Assembly (NCBI GenBank): GCA_951406725.2
Contig: OX597817.1
Location: 1,736,001-1,800,000 of the forward strand
Length of the DNA: 64,000 nt
DNA from: Octopus vulgaris
Lineage: Eukaryota
Reading direction: 5' to 3'
Shown: one piece after another, positions 45,847 to 60,544 of the stretch
Layout of the letters: the number at the start of each line of letters is the position of its first letter
Numbering within the stretch: position 1 is the first letter of the stretch
The notes under the pieces: model-generated
Database searches by the model: none
Seen by the model: the letters and a program-made list of their open reading frames with translations, nothing else
Told to the model about the DNA's origin: nothing
Position numbers and translations under genes: made by a program

Positions 45847-47608
45847 TTGGACAAGACATTCGATGAATCCAGGAAAAAATTCCACAAACGTTGTTTAAAC
45901 TAAATAATTGGTAAAGTAGTTTGTGTAGTAAGTCATTTAATATACCGCAATTAGGTTACATTCATGGGCGGTGTTTCTCTAGAGAAGATCATCATTTATG
46001 TCAGTAGCATGCGGGTCAACCTATTAAAACCCAAATATTACTTGATTTTTAAAAACTGCAAAGCAACGAGAACAACAACGATGTAAATATTAAAAGGTAT
46101 GTGAGCAACTGTTTATTACAATCTTTCAATATCAAACAGTCTGAGGTAGAAGTTGCAGCTGAATACAAGTAAATTCGAACGACTCCTGTCCTGTAAGAAA
46201 CACAACGTAAACCAATCAAAAATCTCTTTTCTCTCTCAAATCCTTTATGGCAGCAGTTCTTTACCTACACACACACACACACACACACACGCACGCACGC
46301 ACATCTTTTTGTCCCTCCTTTTTTAATGAGAAAGCAGGATAGCATTTGCATCCGTATAATTCTTCTTACGTTGCCATGGTGTTGGAGAAGTTTTAAAACT
46401 TTAAACGATCTTAAACAAGGCAATTTGTTTGTTCCTCTTCAATCTTCTTAGATCCTCTAGAAGAACATTGCATTAGGGCATGAGATAAGCTTAGGGATAA
46501 TAAAACTGTTGTGGATAAACAAATCTAAAAAGGAGAGTCTCACCTAAGAAATAAAGACATGGACACATAGATACTTAAAACATTCTGACCAAGAAGTTGT
46601 GCTTATATGACCCTGTTCTAGTCTGCTTTCGCAATGTTGCTCTTAAATGAAAGGATGCTTATCGAGAACTCAGCTTCTACAGAAATGCCAATCATTGCAA
46701 CAAATAATGAAATGTCTAGTTTAGACTAATTGGATCACTTAAGCATATTTAACTTCTACCCTCTTCAAGAGAGAGGGGAAGACTTCTTAATTTAAACTCT
46801 GTTGAGGTATAAATGTGTCTCAAAAACATTTAGGATTAGGGACCTCGATACAGTCAACATCCAACGATATTTAAATTCCAGTTCATTAACACAGCCCAGC
46901 CTTCAATTATATTGCATTTTTCTCAGTTAAATTTAGCTCCATTAAAAAATAAACTGAAACATTGTCTTACTCTGTACAAACAGTTGTTTCTAACTTGCCT
47001 GAAATCACATCCTGGTGAAATGATAGACAAGAATTTAATAAATAACATCAAGATGTTCATATGAAGTACGGAGTTTGGAAAAAAAAAGCAAGGACACATT
47101 AGAATATTTGGTCCAAGATACCTTGTCTCAAACTGACGAAATGGTTACAACTGAAACACCATTGATAAGAGGCCGCCTAAAATAGGGTTGACTCGGATTT
47201 AAAGAACAACAAAATTAACAAGCATGTTACACTACCTGAATGAAGTGAAGTTTCGAGAGAAAGTAAAGTCAAGTGGAATATTTGAGAGAAAGTGTTTTAG
47301 CCATTATAGCCACATCCCAACACAAGATGGCGACACCGTCTGAGTCAACTGTCTCTCTCCGGTCGGAATGCCTATGGACACCGTCAATCAGGGAAGGAAA
47401 ATATCAAAGGTTCAAGGCCATGTATTGCTTGTACAATAAATATTTCGTAAACGAGCGACGAAGGAGCTTCCACGTTCGATCTGTTAGAAATAGCTACCAA
47501 ATTCCCATTCTACCACACCTTACCAACATCAGTGAATAAAGATACTTTAGTTTCAAAGTGGCCAAAGCAATATAAAAAGATGAAGTTGCTCCTCCCCCCC
47601 CACACACA

Positions 47609-47824
47609 CGTAGGGGTTCTGTAAAGTTCCTGGCTTTAAGGGTATCGCAAAAGGCTCGGTTGGAAGTCCAGCATTCCGAGTTCTTTTACAGGGCTTAGGA
47701 AAACTGAAGGGCCGCTGCAATAAGAGTGTGAATCTGAGAGGGGAGTGTGTTGAGTAAAATCATAATTAACTGATCCTCCTGTACCTTCTTTTACCCAAAG
47801 GCAGGGACTTCTTAACATCCCTCG
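47609..47824 (+). mobile_element. Internally deleted mariner (MITE)
   Basis: Termini CGTAGGGGTTCTGTAAAGTTCCTGGCTTT / AAAGGCAGGGACTTCTTAACATCCCTCG are imperfect inverted repeats; the interior encodes QGLGKLKGRCNKSVNLRGECVE-stop, resembling a mariner transposase C-terminus. Confidence 0.75.
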
Positions 47825-48343
47825 TGTATATCCCGGTTCGTAGTGCAAAATAGGTAGCTGACTACTGCTCTACATTACACAAATACAAGAAAAATAACCA
47901 CACACACGGTCGGTCACTCACTCACTCACTCACTCACTCAATCACTCACTCACTCACTCACTCACCCACTCACTCACTCACACACTCAATCACTCACTCA
48001 CTCAAATGCACACAAAAGGATGGATGCACCCACCCACCCACACACTCACGCAAGCCCGCACACACCAGAACGTTTGAACGAATATGTTATTGTTCAAACT
48101 GCGAGAAACAGCAGAAAATTCTCCCTCACACAATCCCAAACTGTTTTAAAAGGATGAAAGATATAGTGAATAATACTATTTATGGATAAAATAGGTGATA
48201 GTCATGGCTGGAATATCCTTAATCATAAATTTACTCGAACAGGCTTGAATTAGGATTATTGGCCGTGCATTCAATATTGCCTACATTTAGACACTTTATA
48301 GTCACACACATAAATTCAGTGCGTATGTATGCGTATATACATA

Positions 48344-48388
<45 letters not shown>

Positions 48389-48404
48389 CCATACATATAT
48401 ACAT

Positions 48405-48436
<32 letters not shown>

Positions 48437-48942
48437 GTATATGCATACATATATTATATATAAATGTAATTACTCCACACAGTACTCAAACACACACACA
48501 CATGGAAGAGAGAGCCATCCATGCATACGTACTTACATACATATGTATACACACACATTTTAACAGAAACACAACGCGCGCGTGCATACATATAAACGAC
48601 TTGCTCGGTATATAATAAGTACATTACAACAGGAAAGCGGAGCCCCCTGAACATTAGTGATGGTGGGGGATGTTAGCTAGTCTATTTGGTTCCTTGGGAG
48701 CATCATCTAGTGCAAAACCATTAGTGATAGTATGTCGGATCTTAGATAAAATTAAGATAAACGGAATGGGAGGTGCAATTTCTAGGGGTCTAACAAGGTA
48801 TTAACCTTTTTCTTCATACATCTTCATTTTACTCCGCTAAATCCTTTTCTATGTCTATATTGCATTCTTTTTGTGTCATTTTTTGCTTTTTACTCTCGCT
48901 CAGGGTCTCTTTACGCGGTTCTCTTTTCTCTCTCTATCTGTC

Positions 48943-49054
48943 TTTCTCTCACTCCCTATCTATTTCTCTCTCTCTCACTCCCTATCTATTTCTCTCTCTC
49001 TCACTCCCTATCTATTTCTCTCTCTCTCACTCCCTATCTATTTCTCTCTCTCTC
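48943..49054. repeat. 26-bp minisatellite, about 4 units (CTCTCTCTCACTCCCTATCTATTTCT)
   Basis: Direct reading. Confidence 0.85.
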
Positions 49055-49269
49055 ATTCGTTATATCTGTTTCTCTGTAATCCTCCGTGTCCTTCCTTACC
49101 TTTTCGTACTCTCATTTTCACAAGAATATTCGCATATAATATATACACACATAATCAGCACCGCCCCACCCCTATCCACATTCACTAAGACATTCCCGTC
49201 TCTGCCTGCCTGTCTTTCATATTTTCTTTCTCTCTCTCTCTCTGTATGTCTTCCTATCAAGTCGTTCGT

Positions 49270-49376
<107 letters not shown>

Positions 49377-49559
49377 TACAATTTTAAAATAGGATAACAT
49401 CTTTATAAGAATTTATCAAGAAGTTAGCGTGGAAAACCTCATAAGGGAAAAATTTATTAATTATTCACTTTAAATATATATATATATACATAATAACGCC
49501 TTTTGACTACTTTGTCTCCAAAATCCCCATCATCATCATCATCATTATTACTATTATTA

Positions 49560-52335
49560 TCAAGGAAATTGAGAATGGAAGAGGGAAGTGTTGTCCTCGA
49601 ATGAGTTTATTGAAAAGTGGGTGAAATTTACGAAAATGCCAAGAGTGGATGGTACCTCTCTAAGTGTAGACCTGCGAATCGGAGAGAAGGAATTGGAGAG
49701 CAATTGCTCTAGGGGTTCCAGGGAAATCTCTGACAATGGGGTTCCTCGATTATCTCCAGAGGCCTTCATGTATCAGGAGGGCCACATCTCTATCATCCTC
49801 CCCGCCACTTTTTAAACAGCAACAGCTACAAAACTGACACCAACAACACCAACAAGAACAACGACAACAACAGCAACAACAACAACGGTGACGAGGAGAA
49901 CTTTACCAACGACAAAAATACGTTCGTAGTAGCAGCGAAAAAGAAGTAAAGCTTCATCGTGGGGATCACAAATAGAGATGAATTGTTGACCCAGGTATGG
50001 AAACTGATTAAACAACAAGAAACTTGGGCCAACCTAATTATTCCGTAAGAGGCAATTGAAGCAGTGGAGAAAAGAACGGTGCTTTTCAGATGCAGCTTAG
50101 CAGAGACAAAAAGAGCAGTTTTAATAGCCCAAGTAGATATTGAAGTGGTGCTGAGGTGCATCAGAGATGACACTGAGTACATAGCGAGGGGCAAACACTA
50201 CGGCATCATTTCGGTGATTTTAAGTCAGAAGCCAAGCAAAGTCATTATGTACACCTCCCACTTGGGGAAATGTACAGTACATGTTCGCATTCCTAGGATC
50301 CCACCAGGACTTGGTATGTGGTGTCTTCTGGGATGCGTAATTGTGGAGGGGACGCATGCCGTCCTGATAGGAGCGACAAGAACTGCTGGAGAGACTGATT
50401 CGGGGTTGATCTGGAGAAACTATTCATTTGCGAGTTTGCTGCCCCCAACTGGTAAAAAGTGCAAGGGATCAAAGGCCTCCACTGATGCCTAAGCCGAGAC
50501 GTGGACGACAAGCAATACCAGCACTGGCAAAACCACTAGCAACAACAAAAGAAACACCAAAGATATTACCTACCCCAGGGGGAAACGAGGAAAGCTCTCT
50601 CACTCCCTCACACTAAACAAAAATACTCATATAAACAAGAATATAACCATACCCACAGACACACTTACAGCAACAAACCCCTCATCCTCCAGTAGTGAAG
50701 ATGAAGGAAAACCAAAAGCCCCCTCCCCACCAAAAAAACAAACAAAAAAGGAAAGTATAGAACAAAAACTATAAAGCATAACAACACTCACAATAAAAAA
50801 TATACAAACACCACCCACGCAAGCATCTCCCCAATAACACCAACACCACCACTGTCACCAGAATCCCCCAAACGCAAGCAACCTAAACACACATAAGAAC
50901 AAATACTCACACAAACATCTAAAATTGCAGATACCACCGAAACAACAACAATAAGACCATCACCACTACAGCCAAGCAAACAAATTAAACAACACCAACA
51001 CAAAACACCCAACTTCGTTCTCATCAGAAGGCACAACGAGGAACCGATGGCCCGAATAACACAAAACCTTGAATTTGAATGACGGTGGGAGTGATTTTCG
51101 AATCGAGCACATTTCGCGTACCAGAAGATTTGCTTCTGGTACGAATATCGCTCGATTCCTGAACAAAAATTCGAGAGAGCTTTCCTGGGGACGTTGGAAC
51201 CGCGAACGTGAGACCCACATCGATACTCTTAAAGGGGTCCCTCCCCCACCTACGAAAACTCCACCAATTATGGAAGTTGAACCACCCAACCTTCACAAGA
51301 CACCGAGTGGACCTTCCAACGAATTCATCAAAAAAGAAACAATTTATATTTTTTAGACAAATTATTTCAGGATTAATAGTGTTTTCGACAAATTGTTTTC
51401 GACAAATTTCATTTAGATCAGTTGTATTTTAGACGAATTGTTTTAGACAAACTCGCCGGATATCTTGTCAAACAGGCCTTTCCCCAGCTCGTCTCCTTGA
51501 CCGAGCTGTAGTCCTGGGTCAAGAAGAGACCGAGACAGGGTGACTGGTAACTGGAATGTTGCTAGGCACTCACTGCCCTTTACCAGTCGAGCAATGTGAT
51601 CAGTGGAACACCCACTCTTGAGCTCTATAGAGGATTGATGGAGGGAAAGAGCGATGACGCACTCGGAGAGGCGCTAGACGTCGACGAAGTCAAACTGACC
51701 AGTCTGTTCAGGACTTTCAAGCCGGGGATGATGGATAATTTCCAGAAATCTCTAGCTTGACAGTGCTACCGGGGATGGGGGCACTGCCAGTTCGAGATAA
51801 ACTCTACAGACACGAAAGTGCTGTCAGATGAACCTGCCCGAGAAGCGCGCAGAGCGACGAAACCGTTCTCCACTCACTCGTCCAGTGCTCTTGCATCACT
51901 GACTTGTGGTTGAACAACTGTTATCACGTGTAGGACGGATTTGGCTATCGGCCGAGTCCATAGTGAGAATCGATTCGCTGCCTTCCATTGGTCTTGACAC
52001 TTTTCTCTTCAGCCAATCCTTCATCAACTTCTACAAATTTTATTTGGAAAAGAAGATGAGGGTGGAGAGAGAAGTGCTTCTCCCCAGTACATTTGCCAAA
52101 AGGTGGGTGATTGTAGCGAAGATAGCCCGTGTGAGTGGACCTACTCTAATAAGAAGGGTGCCCTACCCGGATGCCTTCGAAGCGTCAGGATTGGTGGGGT
52201 ACCTGAGCCAACTGGGGAGCTTTCATTGTTATATTTTTCTTGCTTGGTATTGTTATTGTTTTAATTGTGTAGTCGTTGTTTTGTGTAAAAGCCCCACTGT
52301 CCACGTCTACTGTACTCTCCCCTATATGTCGGTTC
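49560..52335 (+). mobile_element. Tx1/L1-clade non-LTR retrotransposon remnants (ORF2 tail, ORF1-like segment, second ORF2 tail)
   Basis: About 51740-52150 reads MDNFQKSLA*QCYRG..ALPVRDKLYRH...TCPRSAQSDETVLHSLVQC (zf-RVT-like) and KKMRVEREVLLPSTFAKRWV; 49560-49680 reads the related LSSNEFIEKWV tail; the middle is ORF1-like (VRIPRIPP, VIVEG) with a Thr/Pro/Lys-rich stretch. Confidence 0.72.
51350..51455. repeat. Short tandem array of TTTT(C/A)GAC(A/G)AA units, probably a DNA-transposon end
   Basis: About six imperfect units ending AACTCGCCGGATATC, sitting between the ORF1-like and ORF2-like Tx1 segments. Confidence 0.5.
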
Positions 52336-52337
52336 TG

Positions 52338-52397
<60 letters not shown>

Positions 52398-52398
52398 C

Positions 52399-52442
<44 letters not shown>

Positions 52443-53003
52443 TTTTTATTATTCATATCTTTCTTTTTTTAGCATATCTGAATTTTAAATTATAAACATT
52501 AAATTTCAGAGAGCTGTTCACGCTGTCAGTTGGTAAAGACAAATGACATCTCCCTCACGTAAGGTCATCTTTATATTCAGTTAGCAAAAATCATGAATTT
52601 CTTTATTTTTCTCTAAAAATCTTATTTGCATAAAACAAGAAGAAAAAGTAACGAGAGTAGAGAATTAATGCATGGTATTGTAAAGAAAGCTATATAAGGA
52701 TAATCAAAATACCCCGTATTCGATGATGAAACAGAACTAGAAACAAATTTTTTTAAATTCAGACAGAAACTGTCTTTCCGTTGTGTGTGGTCTACCTTTC
52801 AATTAAACTTCACACATTTTCAAGATTAGTTTAACCCCGGTGTGCTGTTAGCCCTAGCTCTATCTTATCAACGTTCAGCCATTTTTTTTTTGGTAAAATT
52901 AAAAAACAAAAATTAAAGTATACTGACAGTTGATTTGTGGCGGTTTTAAAATACTTGCCAAATTTTGATTTTATTTTTGAGAGATTTTATACGCGTACAT
53001 ATT

Positions 53004-53329
53004 GGCATTCCGTCAGTTATGACGACGAGGGTTTCAGTTGATTCGATCAACGGAATAGCCTGCTCGTGAAATTAACGTGCAACTGGCTAAGTACCCTGAA
53101 GACACGCGTACCCTTCATGTATTTCTCATAAAGATCCACGCAGTTTTCACAGAATGTGACAAGGCTGAATCTTTAAATTTCAGATACCATTCATTTTCCC
53201 CAGTTGAATGGACTGGAAGGACGTGAAATAAAGCGACATGCTCAAAGAACCAATACAGTACCGAAATTGGGAAGTCTCAACCTTACGAGCGTGAGTCGAT
53301 TGCCCGAATCATTAAGCCACGTGTCTTCA
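53004..53329 (-). mobile_element. tRNA-derived SINE (family C)
   Basis: Colinear with 2968-3140 (tail) and 2338-2593 (head). Confidence 0.8.
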
Positions 53330-53429
53330 TATACACTTACATACAAACGTTTACTAACGCTTTCAGAGAAAAGACAGCTTATATATATAACTTTATGAAT
53401 TCAGTACTTAAGTCGGAGTATATATATTT

Positions 53430-53685
53430 ATTGCATTTTATTTTATTTGTTTCAGTCATTGAATTACAGGCATACTTGGGGCACGGCTTTCACGGGTTCA
53501 ATCCACCCCTGTGCTCATTTTTTAGTCTGGTACCTCTTCCATCGGTCATATTTACCGAGCCTCTACATAATAGGCACGCAAACAAACCAATACCGGTTAA
53601 GTAAGTGGTGTAGGCCAGACACAAACACAGACAGACAAACTGACACACACGCACATACACCACCTACACACCCACACATTCCTGC

Positions 53686-53751
<66 letters not shown>

Positions 53752-53860
53752 GGGTTCACGCAGCGTTTCTGTCTATCTAATTCACTCACGATGTAACTAG
53801 TTAATCGGGTGGTATAAGAGATGCTTGCCGAAGGTACCACGCAGTGCGGCTGAACTGAAT
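53430..53860 (-). mobile_element. Diverged SINE family B-related copy with internal microsatellite
   Basis: Plus-strand TTTGTTTCAGTCATT tail and GGTACCACGCAGTGCGGCTGAAC head region resemble the reverse of 61261-61668. Confidence 0.55.
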
Positions 53861-54969
53861 GTACTGTCGTGTGACTACATCTCGTAGTGAGGCTCTGGTT
53901 TGGGAGTTTCAGGTTTCTGACAAATGTAGAATCACCTGTTAGCCAGTATTGTTCCCAGGTCAGCTCTGACTCGAAGTTGTAGCACTTGTCAAAGTCCCAG
54001 CTATGACTAAACTAGTATATGCTGTCAGGGTGCGCATGAAAATCACTGAGAGTGTGGGAATTCTAGCTGTTATTCCAGCTTCTAGGAGAGGGACCCTGAT
54101 ATAAAACCTGCGGTTTCATGTGATTGGTGGCTATCTCTCTTCGGCCTGCCACCAGGCACTAATTACAGACTAAAAGAGTGGTGCTCTTGTCGTACAAGCC
54201 TTTATCACTATAATCCATTGATGTACACATATTTCTTTATGGTAACTTAATTTGTCATTCCATCTCCTGAAAGTCTTATGGCAACGGAAGAATGCCGATG
54301 GGTGCAGACCTAACCAGTTGGAAGCGCGCAGCAAGTTGGAATTTTCGTCTATCACGTATGCTTCAAATCATGCAGATCTGCATTAGGAATAAATAGTCAT
54401 CCGAGAGGTCATGGACGGAAAGTAAAAAATGCCATTGACAACAAGGAAGCATAAGAATGCGGAAATCATCAGTGAAGATGGAACAAATCCAGATATGTGT
54501 GCGCGCGCACAAGTATAAATGTTTGAAATAATATGAACAAACAAACTAACCAGAATTTAGTTTTGCTGCGATGAATAACAAAATAGTGAAAATCTTCGTC
54601 AGAGGAAGACTACATATTTTTTCTTCGTGAGGATAGAGAGTATGCCAATATTTTTAAGAGCATTATACTTTCCATTTCAAATTATCCCAAAGACGCTGTA
54701 TAATGTCCTATAATTTATCCATGTTTTTAGAATATTTGCAATTACAGCAATTACTGGTTTAGCTTTCAGGAGTTTATTTACGCTATATAAATACCCTTAT
54801 ATAAATACCCTTATTTATTTATATTTTTAAGAGTTTATCTAACCGTTCAAAGCATTTGAAAAACGCTCCGTTTTACTCTGTCGATTAACTCCGCTCATCC
54901 GTCCCATCTGTCCCATCTGTCCCATCCGTCTGCCTTGTCTTGTTCCGTTCCGTTCTATCCGTCCATCCG

Positions 54970-55677
54970 CCCTTTCTTATTCTGGCACAAGGCCTACACT
55001 TTTGACTGGTGGAGAAGTTCATAACGCCGACCCCAGTGCTAATCAGGTACTTATCGGCAGAATTTGAACTCAGAACAAGGACCGACAAAATTCGGTGTAC
55101 TAACAATTACGTCAGTTCTCTGCTTTCGTATCAATAATAATAATGATTTCAAATTTGGGGGGAGGAGATAAGTCGATATCATCCACCCCGGCAGTCAACT
55201 GTTAATTATACCATTGACCCCGAAAGGATGAAAGGCAAAGTCAGCTTCGGCCGACTTTGAACTGAAAATATAAAGTCGGAAGAAATGTCGCTAAACATTT
55301 TCCTCGGCGCGGTAGCTATTCCACCAGTTCACCGCCTTAATAATCATCATAATCCTTTCTAATATAGGCACAAGACTGGAATTTTGGGGGAGGGGATCGG
55401 TCGACTACATCCACCCCAGCGCATAACTGGTAGTTAATTTATCGACTCAATAATGATAATAACAATCCTTTCCACTATAGGCACAAGGATCTTTGTGAGG
55501 AGGGGTACAATCGATCACATTGATCCCAGTACTAGACTGGTACTTAATTTATTGACCCAGAAAGGATGAAAGGCAAAGTCGACCTCGGCGGAATTTGAAC
55601 TCAGATCGTAGTGATAGACGAAATACCGCTAAGCATTTCGCCCGGCGTGCTAACGATTCTACCAGCTCGCCGCCTTA
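54970..55677 (-). mobile_element. Cluster of four co-oriented SINE family A copies separated by short AAT runs
   Basis: Units at about 54970-55122, 55140-55338, 55350-55448 (partial) and 55462-55677; a long (AAT)n follows at 55678-55830. Confidence 0.85.
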
Positions 55678-55694
55678 ATAATGTTGATAATAAC

Positions 55695-55732
<38 letters not shown>

Positions 55733-55776
55733 TAACAAAAATGATAATAATAATAATAATAATAACAATAATGATG

Positions 55777-55830
<54 letters not shown>

Positions 55831-56362
55831 TTGATGATTTCTTTAATATATTGCAAAGGCCCAAGACACTGAGGACGATTCATATTCCTTTTTAGCATAC
55901 TTCGTTGGTACATCAAATTATACATCATATCAGACACTACACACACACGCACGCATACACGTGCGCACACACGCACGCGCACACACACACAGATGTGTTT
56001 GTTTATATGCCTGTGTATGTGGGTATTTGCGCGCACAGGTGGGTGTGCGTGCGTCCTATTTCTTCGCGTTAGTACAGTATGTGCGCTTAGAGTTTTTTGA
56101 ACGTAGCATATACATGCACCAGATACACACACTAACAAATATGTACGTATTTATGCATGTATATGAGTGTGTGCGCGCGCGCGTGTGTGTGTGAGTGTGT
56201 GCGTGCGCGCGTATGTCAGCATGTACATATGTGTACACATATACATATATTATACATGAGCATCGATTGTTAAAATAAATGCCATATGTTTACCAAGTGT
56301 CTAAATAGTGCAGAAAATGTAGGACAAGCAGAAATAGTACAGAAGTGTACTTCTGAATGTGC

Positions 56363-56403
<41 letters not shown>

Positions 56404-58406
56404 GCGTTAATATGTGGTCCTTTGGATACAAATTTAGAACATACTGTAACAGCACTAAATATGGGTACAAACCCGAGAGGGAACTTTTACGGAGTCGCTC
56501 AATCTGCAAGAAAGAGCAATGAAATCTATCTTAAATACCCTGCTAATCTAAAAGGTGGTTCATTGGTAGTTTTTAGTATGTAATATTTTGAATTAGATAA
56601 AATGACCACAGCGAATTCAATTACTTAAAAACCCATTTGTCTGCTCAATCAGATGTGATCAAGCGCTAAGCAACAACGAAGCTAAAGAAGAATACTAACC
56701 AAGAGGGGGGGGGACCACTACACGGTCTAGCACTAATGTATAAGCAGCAGCTAAATCTCCCTCAAATCACACTGTACTGCCTTAGTAAGATAAATACATT
56801 GATGAATGTGGTCGCTACTACACAGTAATACTGAATGGTCGGTGGTGGAATGCTTTTGCTTGTACTCGTAAGTCTTCTAGATCAACACTAGCTTCAACCG
56901 AAATGGCAGCAACAACAACAACAACAAGAAGATAATTGTTAAATATGATATTAGAAAGATGACTCAGTCGGAGTTATAGTTGACTGTAGCAATAAAAGCT
57001 TGGATCAGAGAACGATGGAGCGTTTGTTTCTACCCTGTGTGAATACGGCAGCCTAAAGGTAAAGATGCGCTTAACGCTCATTTGTTAAGATCTTCCATAT
57101 TGCTGTCTAACTAAGCAATATGGATAACTATATGTGGTTTCAACGACAAGGGACATTAAATAACTCAGAAGTGTTTCTTTGGTTGGTGGTACTAAACTTA
57201 TATTAGTGATTTAAAAATGAGAAGAAAGATCAAATTCATTCCAATGTATTGACGATCCGAAGCTTAAGTCTTAGGTGCTGTATCAACAACCGATGATTTT
57301 TAAAGTTTGCCAAGGGAGGGGAGTCAAAGCCTATAACTTTTGCAGGTTCTCCAAGACGAACGAGAATCTTACAGTTAAATGCCTGAAACTACAGCTATCA
57401 CTTGAAAGCGAGTAAGACCTGATGGCATGGGACATGATTTCGCTGAAACACATTCAGTTATTCTTCTCTTGACCTGGCAAGAGATGTGGTAGCTGAAAGA
57501 AGCCAGGAAGGGTTGTATCGGCACTCGACTTGCATTCATTTTTAACTATTGTGAAGAGCCTACGGACACAAGGCCCTGAGAATTGAAACCTCGGGTTTAT
57601 GCTCATAAATCCAATACTCTAATCACAAGACCATACGCCTTCACGATTAAATGCCTTATCTAGAAACAATCTTACCTACGAAATTCAATAATAGACATTA
57701 AAAGCAGGTATAAAAGAATTCTTATTTCCTTACAGTGTTTCATGGAGTAATCAAAATTCTATGAAAGACCGAGGGAAGAAAGAATTAAAATATCATTTGT
57801 AAGGTTATATATCAAAAACAATTTACAAAAACTAGGATACGGAAAGGTTTTGGGAGCATTATTGAAATTTATAATGGCGGATTCAACGCAAGCATGTAGA
57901 GAAACTGTAAGAATACTTTGCGTCTCTGAAGAAAATAAAATGTTAAATGATTGTAGTAGGAAGGGAGGAGAAACGACATAAATCTATAGAATAGCATAGT
58001 TACCTATAAAACTCAGGATTCTTATTGAAGGAAAAGTAAAAGACCGGAAGTTCAGGGAAAATATTTAACGGAAGCTTAGTGATAAAAACGAAATTAGTGC
58101 CAGATATGAAATAGAGAGAGATTTGTAATCAGGGTGATAACTATAAACATCATTTACAGATTGAATCTAGTTGACACAACAGTAAAGAAAAGATAAATGG
58201 AACAGAATGGAAACGTCTCTAAATAACGAATTCTGGACGTAGAAGTATATTAGAAATATAGCTATGGTAGAAGTCGACCTATGACCAAATAAGACCTTAA
58301 CTCAGTAAGTCCTTGCAAACGTCCCGAAAGTACAAGACGTTCCTGTGTATGAATTTGTTTTGAGTGAATATCTGAAGTGTTGCACAACATTGGACTCACT
58401 TTTCAG

Positions 58407-58566
58407 AGCCTTGTCACACTCTGTGTCACGCTGAATCTCCCCTAAGAACTACGTTAAGGGTACAAGTGTTTGTGGAGTACTCAGCCACTTGCACGTTAGT
58501 TTCACGAGCAAGCTGTTTCGTCGATCGTATCATCTGGGACCCTCGTCTTCGTAACCGACGGAGTGC
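58407..58566 (+). mobile_element. SINE family C 3' fragment
   Basis: Reverse complement of the tail at 2968-3125 (GCCTTGTCACACTCTGTGTC...CAGCCACTTGCACGTTA). Confidence 0.8.
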
Positions 58567-58769
58567 TCCTATATATATATGTATATATATATATATATAT
58601 ATGTACACACACACACACATATATATGTGTGTGTGTGTGTATGTGTGCGTGTGTGTATGTGATGTTCCAGCATATACATACACCCAATGCGTGTTTTTGT
58701 GTGTGCATATAATATTCTTTTATTCTTGTACGTGTTTCATTCATTTGACTGCAACACTTAAATGAATAA

Positions 58770-58808
<39 letters not shown>

Positions 58809-59289
58809 AACACGCGTGTAAGTTTGTGTGTGTGTGTGTTAACCATTATCTTACAGGCCTACATAAAACAATGCAAAATGTAGGCGTTAACCGGAGTTCA
58901 TTGATGCAGGAAGAAAAACAGAACCACTGTTCCCTCATGGACAGGATCCTTGGTGGGTGATCATTAAATATAATATAAAAGATATGGCTAAGGACATTGT
59001 AGAGGAAGCTTGAAGTCAAAATGGCAGAAAAGGAATTCGCCGAGAAGAGAGAAAGGGGGTGAGAGAGAAATAGAGACAGAAAAAGAGAGATAAACGAAGC
59101 CTAGGAGAAAGGGTAACAGAAATCAGAAAGTATAAATGCAATTTGGGATGAGAAGAATGTCTTGAAGTGCGTGTCCGGTTTAGCGCTTTCAATGCAGTTC
59201 AAAAGTGGCACAAAAAAGATGACAGACAAAACGCCCGACACACAAACCCAAACATGCACACACACATAAATCATATATGCATAAATAAA

Positions 59290-59745
<456 letters not shown>

Positions 59746-60544
59746 CAAGCAAACTTCAACAAATGCAAAATGGTTGGTCTAACTGTCACAGAAAATGTTA
59801 AGATTAGAACTCGTGGAATGTGGTGGAGTCGAAGACGAGGGATTTAGTTTCTAGGAAAAATGCATAGAAAAATTCTTAGTGGTTGCAAGAAATCTACAAA
59901 GTAAATAGTAAATTGGAATTTAGATGGTAAAAACGGAAAGCATAAGTGAATTATATGTAAAATCATTACAAGTAGGTCTTCAGTTTAATGTAGGTTAAAA
60001 AATGAAGGGCAAAGGAAAAAGAAATGAGAAATTCATGTATTAGTGCAAAGGGCGCTAAGTGTAAACTGGGTTAAAGATGTTACACAATAAGTCATGTAGG
60101 TCATAGGAAATGGTGTGCATAAGTCAAAGATGAAAAATGTGTAATAGACGCCAGAAATTCAGTTTAGTGTGGTACAAATGAAATTACTTATGTGTAATAT
60201 TAATGTATTGGTTTGAAATGTTTGAATGTTTTATGCACGGTGAGATGCTAAGAAGGCTTTTTGTATTGAGAATGGGCACTCGGCAAAAGGATTTCTATGT
60301 CTTTGGTTCTTCAAAATTGTATTCAAGATAAAACCGAATTTCTTTTTAAAACTGACGATGGTTACTTACAGAAATGAGAATATAATTTGAAAAGGAAGAT
60401 AAAATGTGTGCACAAGCAAATTTCTATGCACAACCTCTGCAAAAAAAAAAAAAAGAAAGGAAGAAGAGAAGAGAAATAGAGGAAAGTTGGTTGTGATCCA
60501 TTAGCAGATAGCTCTTATTTGACCATTTGACACCTATGCTAATT

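Noticed and set aside
48943-49054. Regularly spaced direct repeats (also 51350-51455 and 60545-60594) as a CRISPR-like array
   Set aside because: No unique spacers, no cas genes and a eukaryotic context; these are simple tandem repeats.
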